DNA from: an uncultured Actinomycetes bacterium
Lineage (GTDB): Bacteria; Actinomycetota; UBA4738; JBBDTT01
NCBI GenBank assembly: GCA_963742735.1
Contig: CAVUMN010000004.1
Span: 1,408,001-1,472,000, forward strand
DNA length: 64,000 nucleotides
Direction: 5' to 3'
Below, in pieces: positions 39,168 to 49,070 of this stretch. Position numbers and translations under genes: made by a program. Position 1 is the first letter of the stretch; each line of letters opens with the position of its first letter. The notes beneath the pieces are model-generated. The model worked only from the letters and a program-made list of their open reading frames with translations, searched no databases and was not told the origin of the DNA.

Positions 39168-40244
39168 ATGATTCGATCGAGACAGATGAGGCGAGGCAGA
39201 CACCGTAGGAACGGGCAACGCTCGCTGAGGATCGTCGTCCTGACGCTCCTCGTCCTCGGGCTGGCCTTCTCCGGGACCGCCTACGCCGGATACCGCTACG
39301 ACCTCGCCCGCGCCGACCGGATCCTTCCCGGCGTGTCCATCGACGGGGTGGACGTGGGCTGGCTCACTCGCGACGAGGCGATCTCCGCGCTCCGCAGCCG
39401 GGTGGAGGACCGCCTGGGCCGGGAGATCGAGGTGCAGGCGGGCGGCGCAACCCTGACGGTCACCCCCGGCGACCTGGGCTCCGCCGCCGACGTGGCGGCC
39501 GCGGTGGACGACGCGCTGGACGTCTCCCACTCCTACTCCTGGGTCAGCCGGGTGCTGGCCCGCCTGTGGAACCGCCCGGTCGGTCGCGAGGTGCCGATCG
39601 CCTACCAGCACGACGAGGCGAGCGTCGCCGCGTGGCTGGAGCGGGTCGCGGGCGAGCGCAACGTCTCCCCGAGGAGCGCCTCGGTCGACTGGATCGACGA
39701 CCACGTCGCCATCACCCGGTCCCGGCAGGGGCGGGCCCTGAAGCGTGCCCTGGCGGCCGAGGCCGTCCTGAAGGCGCTCGACGAGAGCGCCTCGGCCTTC
39801 ACGCTGCCGTTCAAGCGGCTGGCGCCGGCGGTGACCGAGGAGACGCTCGGCCACACCATCGTGGTGCGCACCGGGGTCAACAAGCTGATGCTGTTCGACG
39901 GGCTGAAGATGGTGAAGGAGTACGCCGTGGCCACCGGGACGCCGGGGTATCCCACCCCGCACGGACACTTCGAGATCATCAACAAACGCATGAACCCGAC
40001 CTGGGTGAACCCCGCGCCGAACGGATGGGGCGCCAGCCTGCCGGCCTCGATCGGGCCCGGTCCGGGGAACCCCCTGGGCACGCGCGCGCTGGATCTGGAC
40101 GCCCCCGGCATCCGCATCCACGGGACCTACGCGGACGACTCGATCGGGTCATGGGCCTCCCACGGCTGCATCCGCATGCACATCCCGGAGAGCGAGGAGC
40201 TGTTCGGGATCGTGGACGTGGGCACGTCCGTCGTCATCGTCTAG
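39168..40244 (+). CDS. L,D-transpeptidase with N-terminal peptidoglycan-binding (PG_binding_4-like) region
   Basis: NPLG, IRIHGT and SHGCIRM YkuD motif; start could be 39186. Confidence 0.9.
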   Translation: MIRSRQMRRGRHRRNGQRSLRIVVLTLLVLGLAFSGTAYAGYRYDLARADRILPGVSIDGVDVGWLTRDEAISALRSRVEDRLGREIEVQAGGATLTVTPGDLGSAADVAAAVDDALDVSHSYSWVSRVLARLWNRPVGREVPIAYQHDEASVAAWLERVAGERNVSPRSASVDWIDDHVAITRSRQGRALKRALAAEAVLKALDESASAFTLPFKRLAPAVTEETLGHTIVVRTGVNKLMLFDGLKMVKEYAVATGTPGYPTPHGHFEIINKRMNPTWVNPAPNGWGASLPASIGPGPGNPLGTRALDLDAPGIRIHGTYADDSIGSWASHGCIRMHIPESEELFGIVDVGTSVVIV

Positions 40245-40305
40245 ACCCCTCCGGGCCCCCACCCCGGATTTGGCACTCTTTCTTGCCCGGAACGGCCCTC
40301 TCGGC

Positions 40306-40334
40306 TTGCATGTTCTGCGTGGCAGCGGTAGTCT
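40306..40334 (+). promoter_or_regulatory. sigma-A-type promoter TTGCAT-N17-TAGTCT
   Basis: Near-consensus hexamers; predicted TSS about 40341 coincides with the first base of a hairpin. Confidence 0.65.
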
Positions 40335-40340
40335 GGTGGG

Positions 40341-40437
40341 GTACCTCGCAGAGACCGGAAGGGTTCGCCCGGAAGGCCACTGCGGGGTACATCTCTATAT
40401 CGGAAGGCGCGGGAAACCCGCGTCTTCCTGCGGTTTT
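40341..40437 (+). ncRNA. candidate orphan small RNA (hairpin with symmetric GGAA/GGAA loop plus terminator-like hairpin)
   Basis: 11-bp stem 40341-40351/40380-40390, UUCG apical loop, second 12-bp stem 40402-40428 followed by TTTT. Confidence 0.5.
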
Positions 40438-40484
40438 AGGTTCAGGGGGCCTCGAGGGCGGACCCCCGGATCCTCGTTCACGTG

Positions 40485-40509
40485 CTTAGGTAACGATCCG
40501 TTACACAAG
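40485..40509. promoter_or_regulatory. imperfect palindrome CTTAGGTAAC-N5-GTTACACAAG
   Basis: Same half-site recurs at 40805-40826. Confidence 0.55.
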
Positions 40510-40560
40510 ACCCTCGCGGGGAACTTGAGAACGACATGAGTGTGATTTAGGGTATCGGCC

Positions 40561-40809
40561 GTGCGAACCTGTTCGAAGAGCACCTGCAGCGAGCCGTCGG
40601 TGGTCACGCTCGTGATGCGCTACGAGCGGCGGCAGGTAGCCATGGTCGCCCGGCTCCCCGAGTTCGACCCCAACCACCTGGAGCTGTGTGCCGACCACGC
40701 CGCCCGGCTGGTCCCGCCCATCGGCTGGTCCGTCCAGGACGAGCGCACGGGGGTGCGGTCCGCCGATCCCCTCGCCGAGCGCGGATTCGAGGAGTCGCTG
40801 CAGTCTTAG
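40561..40809 (+). CDS. DUF3499-family small protein
   Basis: RTCSKSTC...LCADHAARLVPPIGW; TAGGGT -10 seven nt before GTG. Confidence 0.8.
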   Translation: MRTCSKSTCSEPSVVTLVMRYERRQVAMVARLPEFDPNHLELCADHAARLVPPIGWSVQDERTGVRSADPLAERGFEESLQS

Positions 40810-40826
40810 GTACGCTGTTACCTAAG
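40805..40826. promoter_or_regulatory. palindrome CTTAGGTA-N6-TACCTAAG over a TACGCT -10 and the start codon of the next gene
   Basis: Perfect 8-bp inverted repeat. Confidence 0.6.
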
Positions 40827-41116
40827 TGGGACTCTCCAAGGATCTGATCCGCGAGGTACGGCACCTCGATGAGTACGACCTCCGCCGGCTGACGATCTTC
40901 ATCCGTGGGCTCCTAACGGCGCGCGGGGTCGACGAGCCCGCCGTCGAGCAGCTGATCGAACGCCCCGCCAACGTCACCTACCGGCAGGAGCGGGTCCGGT
41001 GCGGGCGCGAGGGATGCTCCCGATGTCCGCACGGCCCGTACTGGTACGCGTACTGGCGAGAGGGCGGGCGCCTGCGCTCCCGGTACATCGGCAAGGAGAT
41101 GCCCTCCCGCGCGTAG
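40826..41116 (+). CDS. small Zn-finger basic protein (DUF6788-like)
   Basis: CGREGCSRCPHGPYWYAYWREGGRLRSRYIGK. Confidence 0.75.
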   Translation: MGLSKDLIREVRHLDEYDLRRLTIFIRGLLTARGVDEPAVEQLIERPANVTYRQERVRCGREGCSRCPHGPYWYAYWREGGRLRSRYIGKEMPSRA

Positions 41117-41212
41117 TCAGGGAGGACTATCCCGGTCTGGCCCGTTGAGCAACTCCGAAACCATCCCGGCGAGCCATGTGCCAAACCGTCCCGAAATGCC
41201 GAGAACCGAACC

Positions 41213-41410
41213 ATGAGCATGAACGTGAACGTGACCACCGAGAACCGGTGCCCCACGTGTGGATCCCGCGAGCTGCTGCGCGTCGACCTGGCGGTCGAGC
41301 ACGAGCCCATGGCGTTCACGACGTGTCCGCACTGCGAGAGTCGCTGGTGGGAGCGGGACGGCAACCCGCTTCCGCTCGAGGCCGTCCTGAAGGCCGTCGG
41401 CCGCAAGTAA
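41213..41410 (+). CDS. small zinc-ribbon protein
   Basis: CPTCGS...CPHCESRWW. Confidence 0.75.
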   Translation: MSMNVNVTTENRCPTCGSRELLRVDLAVEHEPMAFTTCPHCESRWWERDGNPLPLEAVLKAVGRK

Positions 41411-41428
41411 GTCCGTAGACTCGGGCGG

Positions 41429-42766
41429 GTGCAGCGCGACCTGTCCCGGATCTTCAAGGCGTACGACGTCCGCGGGGTCGTCCCCGACGAGCTCGACGAG
41501 GACGCGGCGCGCCGCATCGGCGCCGCCACCGTCGAGTTCCTGGGCGCCGACCGGCTGCTGATCGGCCGCGACTGCCGTCCCTCCTCGCCCGGCCTGGCCG
41601 GCGCGTTCATCGACGGAGCGACGGGCCGCGGGGCCGACGTCGTGGACATCGGCCTCGCCTCCACCGACCTCATCTATTTCGCCTCCGGGGCCCTCGGGCT
41701 GCCCGGAGCCATGTTCACGGCCAGCCACAACCCACCCCAGTACAACGGCATCAAGCTGTGCCGTGAGCGGGCGGGCCCGATCGGCGAGGAGTCCGGCCTG
41801 CCGGAGATCCAGGCGCTGGCCGAGGCCGGCCTGCAGCCCGGCCCGAACCGTGGCTCCGTGCGCGTCGAGGTGGTGCTTGACCGCTACGTCGAGCACCTGC
41901 TCGGCATGATCGACGTCTCGGCCCTGCGTCCGCTCTCGGTGGTGGCCGACGCCGCGAACGGGATGGGCGCGCTGACGATCCCGGCGGTGTTCGAGCGGCT
42001 GCCGTTCAAGCTCATCCCGCTCTACATGGAGCTCGACGGGACCTTCCCCAATCACCCGGCCGACCCGATCGTCCCCGAGAACCAGGCGGACCTGCGCCGG
42101 GCGGTGCTCGAGCACGGCGCGGACGCAGGCCTGGCGTTCGACGGCGACGCCGATCGCGTGTTCTTCGTGGACGAGCGCTCCGAGGGCGTGAGCGGGTCGC
42201 TGATCACGGCCCTGGTCGCCGAGGTGATGCTCGAGCGCGAGCCGGAAGCCAGCGTCATCCACAACCTGATCTGCTCCCGGGTCGTCCCGGAGGTGATCCG
42301 CGAGCACGGGGGAACGCCGATCCGCTCGCGCGTCGGGCACTCGTTCATCAAGCAGCTCATGGCCGAGACGGGCGCGATCTTCGGCGGAGAGCACTCGGGT
42401 CACTTCTACTTCCGCGACCTCTACCGGGCCGACTCGGGCCTCGCGGCCGCGCTGGTGGTGCTCGAGCGGCTGTCGAAGGCCGACGTCCCCCTCTCCGAGC
42501 TGCTGCAGCCGTATCGGCGCTACGAGGCGAGCGGGGAGATCAACACCGCCGTCGACGACCCGGCGGCGGTCATCGAACGGGTGGCCGCGACGTTCGCCGA
42601 CGGCGAGCAGGACCGCCTGGACGGACTGACCGTCGAGTACGAGGACTGGTGGTTCAACGTCCGCGCCTCGAACACCGAACCCCTGCTTCGGCTCAACGCC
42701 GAGGCGAGCACGCCCGAGCTGCTCGAGCGCACGTCGGCCGAGGTGCTCGAGGTGATCCGCGCGTGA
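41429..42766 (+). CDS. manB: phosphomannomutase/phosphoglucomutase
   Basis: FKAYDVRG, TASHNP, FDGDADR, GGEHSGH and RASNTEP motifs. Confidence 0.95.
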   Translation: MQRDLSRIFKAYDVRGVVPDELDEDAARRIGAATVEFLGADRLLIGRDCRPSSPGLAGAFIDGATGRGADVVDIGLASTDLIYFASGALGLPGAMFTASHNPPQYNGIKLCRERAGPIGEESGLPEIQALAEAGLQPGPNRGSVRVEVVLDRYVEHLLGMIDVSALRPLSVVADAANGMGALTIPAVFERLPFKLIPLYMELDGTFPNHPADPIVPENQADLRRAVLEHGADAGLAFDGDADRVFFVDERSEGVSGSLITALVAEVMLEREPEASVIHNLICSRVVPEVIREHGGTPIRSRVGHSFIKQLMAETGAIFGGEHSGHFYFRDLYRADSGLAAALVVLERLSKADVPLSELLQPYRRYEASGEINTAVDDPAAVIERVAATFADGEQDRLDGLTVEYEDWWFNVRASNTEPLLRLNAEASTPELLERTSAEVLEVIRA

Positions 42767-42796
42767 GAAGGTATGCGGGACCCGAAAGGAGACTCC

Positions 42797-42979
42797 GTGG
42801 CCGCTGAGACCGTCGACAAGGAGCTGCTGGCGATCCTGGCCTGCCCGAACTGCCGCGGCGACGTCGAGTACCACAAGGATCAGAACGTCATCGAGTGCGT
42901 CGGCACCTGCCGCTACCGCTATCCGGTCCGCGACGGCATCCCCGTGATGCTCATCGACGAGGCCGAGAAGCCCCAGTAG
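42797..42979 (+). CDS. Trm112 family protein
   Basis: LLAILACPNC...YPVRDGIPVMLIDEA; AAGGAG RBS before GTG 42797. Confidence 0.9.
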   Translation: MAAETVDKELLAILACPNCRGDVEYHKDQNVIECVGTCRYRYPVRDGIPVMLIDEAEKPQ

Positions 42980-43027
42980 CCTGCGCCTTCGTATGTCCCC
43001 GGCACGGCTCGCGGAGGGATCGGTCGC

Positions 43028-44042
43028 ATGAGCATGCTCGCCGCGATCGGTTCGGTGGGCGAGCATCTGGTGGTCGGCTACCGACGGGGCCTGGGCGCGG
43101 CCGACCTTCCCGCCGCCGACGGCGTCCACTCGATCGCCATCTGCGGGATGGGTGGGAGCGGCGTCCCCGGCGACGCGGTCCAGTCGATGCTCGGTCACCG
43201 CCTCGGCGTGCCGATCGTCGTCTCGAAGGGCTATCGGCTCCCCGAGTTCTGCCACACCGACACGATGGTGTTCGCCGTCTCCTACTCCGGGAACACCGAG
43301 GAGGTCCTGGGGATGTACCGGGAGGCCGGCGTCCGCGGGTGTCGCGTCGTGGCGATCACCTCCGGCGGCGAGCTCGCCGCGACCGCCCGGGAGGAAGGGG
43401 TGGCCGTGGTGCAGGTCCCCGAAGACCTCCCCGCGCCACGGGCGGCGATCGGCTACCTGACCGGCGCCCTGCTCGGCGTCCTGGAGGCGACCGGGCTCGG
43501 CCCCGCCGTCGGCGCCGACGTGGACCACGCGGTCCGCGTGGTCGGGGCCGCGGCGAAGCGCGAGGGCCCGGAGGCGGACCGGCCGCCGCGCGCGGGAGCT
43601 CGCGCGGCGGATCGGCGCGCGCATCCCGATCATCTGGGGCTCCGAGGGGGTGGCCCAGGCCGCGGCCCTTCGCTGGAAGACCGAGTTCAACGAGAACGCG
43701 AAGCGGCCGGCGTTCCACGCCTCGTTCCCCGAGCTCGACCACAACGAGATCGAGGGCTGGAGCCGCTCGGCCGGCAAGGGCTTCTTCCTGATCGTGCTTC
43801 GGAGCCCGGACGAGCACGGCTCGGTCGCCCCACGGGTCGAGGCGACCCTGAGCGCGATCGCGGACGCGGGGCTCGACAGCGAGCAGGTGCACGCGGAGGG
43901 CACCCAGCCCCTGGCCAACCTGTTGTCGCTGGTGCAGGTGGGCGGCTTCGTGTCGTGCTACGCGGGCCTGGAGGCGGGGGTGGACCCCACCCCGATCGAG
44001 CGGATCGAGGCGATGAAAGCCCGGTTGAAGGAGCTCGGGTGA
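43028..44042 (+). CDS. bifunctional phosphoglucose/phosphomannose isomerase; apparent frameshift near 43600 (true start may be 42993)
   Basis: GMGGSG, SYSGNTEE and TSGG, then RWKTEFNENAK and PELDHNE in the next frame. Confidence 0.88.
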
Positions 44043-44875
44043 GCGAACGGCGGTTCCCGGGGCCGGGGGACGACCACGCCGAGCGGGGGGCGGCGCTCGT
44101 CCGGGAGCGGACCGAGGTGGCCCCACGGATCGGGATCATCCTCGGCTCGGGCCTGGGGGACGCGGTCGGCGAGGACCTGGAGGTGGCGGCCGAGCTCGCG
44201 TTCGACGAGCTCCCCGGGTTTCCTGCGGCGGCGGTTCCCGGCCACGCCGGGCGGCTCGCGCTGGGGCAGATCTACGGCGCCCCGGCGGCGGTCATGTTCG
44301 GACGGGTCCACCTGTACGAGGGGCATCCCATGGCCGTGGTCACCCTGCCGGTCCGGCTGCTCGGCGCGCTGGGGGTGGACACCCTCATCCTGACCAACGC
44401 GTCGGGCGGGACGGATCCCGACATGGAGCTCGGGCTGCTGGTGCTGATCCGGGACCACATCAACTTCATGGGGGTCAACCCCCTGATGGGGTGGCGGTAC
44501 CCGGACGGTGCGCCGGCGTTCGTGGACGTGTCCTCGGTCTGGGACCCCGGCCTGCGCGAGATCGTCGCCGACGTCGCGGCGGCCGAGGGGGTCCATGTGC
44601 GCGAGGGTGTGTATGCGGCGGTCAGCGGGCCGTCCTACGAGACGGCGGCGGAGACGTCCATGCTCGCCGCCTGGGGGGCCGACACCATCGGGATGTCGAC
44701 CGTCCCCGAGGCGGTGGCCTCGGCCGCCCTGGGCATCCGCTGTGTGGGGATCTCGTGCGTGACCGACGTCGCCGGGACCGAGCTGACCCACGAGGACGTC
44801 GTTGCGGTAGCCTCCGGCGCCGCCCCGAACGTGCGACGACTACTCTCCGGGGCGATCCCGAAGTTCGACTCGTGA
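44039..44875 (+). CDS. purine-nucleoside phosphorylase
   Basis: ILGSGLG, GRVHLYEG, TNASGG, GPSYET and GMSTVPE motifs. Confidence 0.92.
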   Translation: MSERRFPGPGDDHAERGAALVRERTEVAPRIGIILGSGLGDAVGEDLEVAAELAFDELPGFPAAAVPGHAGRLALGQIYGAPAAVMFGRVHLYEGHPMAVVTLPVRLLGALGVDTLILTNASGGTDPDMELGLLVLIRDHINFMGVNPLMGWRYPDGAPAFVDVSSVWDPGLREIVADVAAAEGVHVREGVYAAVSGPSYETAAETSMLAAWGADTIGMSTVPEAVASAALGIRCVGISCVTDVAGTELTHEDVVAVASGAAPNVRRLLSGAIPKFDS

Positions 44876-46457
<1,582 letters not shown>

Positions 46458-46461
<4 letters not shown>

Positions 46462-46955
46462 TCCACGAGATCCCGCTCCCCGAGGGGATCCCGGGGGCGC
46501 TGTTCGCCTCCCGGATGCCGGGGTTCCTCCACTGGCCGCTCGACGCGGCGTTCGCCCAGATCGCCGAGCGGGACATCGGCCGGGTGATCTGCCTGGAGCC
46601 CGGGGAGACGATGCACGATCGCTCGCCGTCGTACTGGGGCGCGCTCCAGCGAGAGGAGACGCCGGCGCCGGTGACCTGGCTGCCGGTTCCCGACTACGGC
46701 GTGCCCGAGGACCTCGAGGCCTACCTGGCCGTGGTCCGGGAGATCGCCGCGGCGCTGCGAACGGGGGAGCGCATCCTGGTGCACTGCGCCGGCGGGTGCG
46801 GGCGGGCCGGTACGTTCTCGGGGATGGTGCTGGTGGCCCTGGGGATGGACCCCGAGGCGGCCGAGGCGACGTACTGGGCCGCCCGCGGCTGCGGTCCCGA
46901 GAGCCCCGCCCAGCGCGAGCTCCTCCGCGGCTCGGCCTCCCTGCTCCGAAGCTGA
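46458..46955 (+). CDS. protein-tyrosine/dual-specificity phosphatase-like protein
   Basis: PVPDYGVP loop and HCAGGCGRAG; frame extends 5' to a CTG overlapping the upstream TGA. Confidence 0.85.
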
Positions 46956-46985
46956 CCTGTCAGCACCACGGGCTAGGGTTCGGGC

Positions 46986-47666
46986 GTGCGCCGGGGGGTG
47001 CTGGCCGATCTCCCCTATCCCGCCGGGTGCGTCTCGTGTGGCGCGCCCGGATGGCCGTGGTGCGCCCCGTGCGAGACGAGGGTGGAGGTCCTGGAGCCGC
47101 CGTGGTGCCTGCGGTGCGGCCGGCCACTGACGGTCGCCGCGAGCTCCTGCCGCGACTGCCCGCCGGGCGAGGTGGCCTCCCTGCGGGCGCCGTTCCGGTT
47201 CGAGGGGCCGGTCCGCGACGCGCTGCTGCAACTCAAGTTCGCGGGGGTCCGCGCCCTGGCCGGGCCGCTGGGACGGGCCATGTTCGCGGCCGCCGGGCCC
47301 GGCGACCTCCAGGTGACCTGGGTGCCGCTGTCCGCGCGCCGGCGGGCGACGCGCGGCTACGACCAGGCCGAGGCGCTGGCCCGCGCCGTGGCCGCGGCGT
47401 CCGGCCGGCGGCCGGTGCGCACGCTGGCCCGCGCCGTCGACGGGGGGCCACAGGCGCGGCGGGCGCGGGAGGAGCGGCTCGACGCGCTGCGGGGCGCGTT
47501 CCGCCCGGTGGGCTCGGTGCCGGGGGAGCTCATCCTGGTCGACGACGTCGTCACCACGGGCTCGACCGCGGCCGAGTGCGCCCGGGTCCTGCGCCGCGCG
47601 GGGGCGCGGCGCGTCCACGTGCTGGCGGCGGCCCGCACGCTCTCCGGGCCCCTTCCCGGCCGGTGA
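46986..47666 (+). CDS. comF: ComF family protein (double zinc ribbon + PRTase)
   Basis: Four CxxC pairs, RGYDQA and LVDDVVTTGST motifs. Confidence 0.92.
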   Translation: MRRGVLADLPYPAGCVSCGAPGWPWCAPCETRVEVLEPPWCLRCGRPLTVAASSCRDCPPGEVASLRAPFRFEGPVRDALLQLKFAGVRALAGPLGRAMFAAAGPGDLQVTWVPLSARRRATRGYDQAEALARAVAAASGRRPVRTLARAVDGGPQARRAREERLDALRGAFRPVGSVPGELILVDDVVTTGSTAAECARVLRRAGARRVHVLAAARTLSGPLPGR

Positions 47667-47680
47667 TAGACTCGGGTCTT

Positions 47681-47897
47681 GGTGCCGTCTGGGTCTGTGG
47701 TTGCTCGGGGATGAGGGCCATGTTCGCGTCCCCGATAGTCGATGCCAGTCGCAGGCGAAACGACCCACGTAAGGTGACCCTTGGTCGCCGAGCATGGTGC
47801 GACTTAGATGTAAGTCCTGCGCCGGGAGGCGCCGCGAACGCGACGCATTCCCTGCAGGCGGGTGTGGGGTCAAAGACCAGGTCAGCCGGACGACACC
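47681..47897 (+). ncRNA. raiA motif RNA
   Basis: Conserved blocks GGTCTGTGGTTG, AGTCGATGCCAGTCGCAGGCGAAACGACCCACGTAAG, GAGCATGGTGCG, CTTAGA.GTAAGTCCTGC, GCAGGCG.GTGTGGGGTCAAAGACCAGGTCA; closing stem; comF-raiA location; TAGACT -10 at 47667. Confidence 0.92.
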
Positions 47898-47902
47898 ACC
47901 GT

Positions 47903-47931
47903 GAGGGGCCGGGAGCGATCCCGGCCCCTTT
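47903..47931 (+). terminator. terminator-like hairpin after the raiA RNA
   Basis: GAGGGGCCGGGA-GCGA-TCCCGGCCCCTT with short T tail. Confidence 0.7.
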
Positions 47932-47958
47932 CGCGTCCATCGGCCGAGAGGAGCACGC

Positions 47959-48333
47959 ATGGACCTCGTCCTGAAGAGCAGGGATGGCAGGATCCCCGAC
48001 GCCGTGAAGCGGCTCGCCGAGCACAAGCTCGCCAAGTTCGAGCGGATCGATCCCCGGGTCGTTCGGGTGGAGGTGGAGCTCCACGAGGAGCGGAACCCAC
48101 GCGTGGCGGGCCATCAGAAGGTCAAGGTGGTGGCCAGGACGCCGCGTCGCTCGTTTCGTGCGTCCGGGGCCGGTCAGGATGCTTCTGCGGCATTCGATCA
48201 AGTCGTGGACCGTATCGACCGACAATTAACCAGATACCGGACGAGATTTCGGGCTCGGCTGCTTGCCGGGGGCAATCGGCTAAGGTTGGGTCGCCGGCGT
48301 CCCGAGCCCGAAGGATGGGAGCCGACGGAGTGA
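47959..48333 (+). CDS. raiA: ribosome hibernation factor RaiA/HPF, short form
   Basis: S30AE-like domain (EHKLAKFER, ERNPR, AAFDQVVDRIDRQL); GAGGAG RBS; between comF and secA. Confidence 0.85.
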   Translation: MDLVLKSRDGRIPDAVKRLAEHKLAKFERIDPRVVRVEVELHEERNPRVAGHQKVKVVARTPRRSFRASGAGQDASAAFDQVVDRIDRQLTRYRTRFRARLLAGGNRLRLGRRRPEPEGWEPTE

Positions 48334-48362
48334 CGGGCACACCAGGACTGAGGGTCGTCGAG

Positions 48363-49049
48363 ATGGCCGAAGCCAAAGGCACGAAGCCGGACTCGCTCAG
48401 GGTCCTGATCGCGGACGACCACGCCCTCTTCCGGCGTGGCCTGCAGATGGTCCTGGAGGACGAGGACGACCTCGACGTCATCGGCGAGGCCGGCGACGGG
48501 GTCGAGGCCGTGCAGATGGCCCTGGAGCTCATGCCCGACGTGGTGCTCATGGACGTCCGCATGCCCAAGCACTCCGGGATCGAGGCCACCGAGCAGATCA
48601 AGGACTCGCTGCCCCACGTCAAGATCCTCATGCTCACGATCTCCGACGAGGAGGCCGACCTCTACGACGCGATCAAGGCGGGGGCCTCAGGCTACCTGCT
48701 GAAGGAGATCTCGATCGAGGAGGTCGCCGAGGCCATCCGCTCCGTGTGGGCCGGCCAGTCGCGGCTGTCCCCGTCCATGGCGTCGAAGCTCCTGCAGGAG
48801 TTCCAGGCGATGAGCAAGCGCGCCGAGGAGCCCGAGGAGCCCCGCGTCCCTCGACTGACCGAGCGGGAGATGGAGGTCCTCCGCCTGGTGGCGCAGGGTC
48901 TCAACAACCGGGACATCTCCAAGGAGCTGTTCATCTCCGAGAACACGGTGAAGAACCACATCCGGAACATCCTGGAGAAGCTCCACCTGCACTCGCGCAT
49001 GGAGGCGGTCGTCTACGCCGTTCGCGAGAAGCTGCTCGAGATCAAGTAG
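48363..49049 (+). CDS. NarL/LuxR-family response regulator
   Basis: ADDHALFRRG, MDVRMP, GYLLKE, LTEREMEVL and TVKNH motifs. Confidence 0.93.
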   Translation: MAEAKGTKPDSLRVLIADDHALFRRGLQMVLEDEDDLDVIGEAGDGVEAVQMALELMPDVVLMDVRMPKHSGIEATEQIKDSLPHVKILMLTISDEEADLYDAIKAGASGYLLKEISIEEVAEAIRSVWAGQSRLSPSMASKLLQEFQAMSKRAEEPEEPRVPRLTEREMEVLRLVAQGLNNRDISKELFISENTVKNHIRNILEKLHLHSRMEAVVYAVREKLLEIK

Positions 49050-49070
49050 CAACCCTCTAGGCTTCCCGGC

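Noticed and set aside
40352-40379. CCGGAAGG as SRP (4.5S) RNA domain IV
   Set aside because: Lacks the flanking CAGG and AGCA internal-loop motifs of SRP RNA
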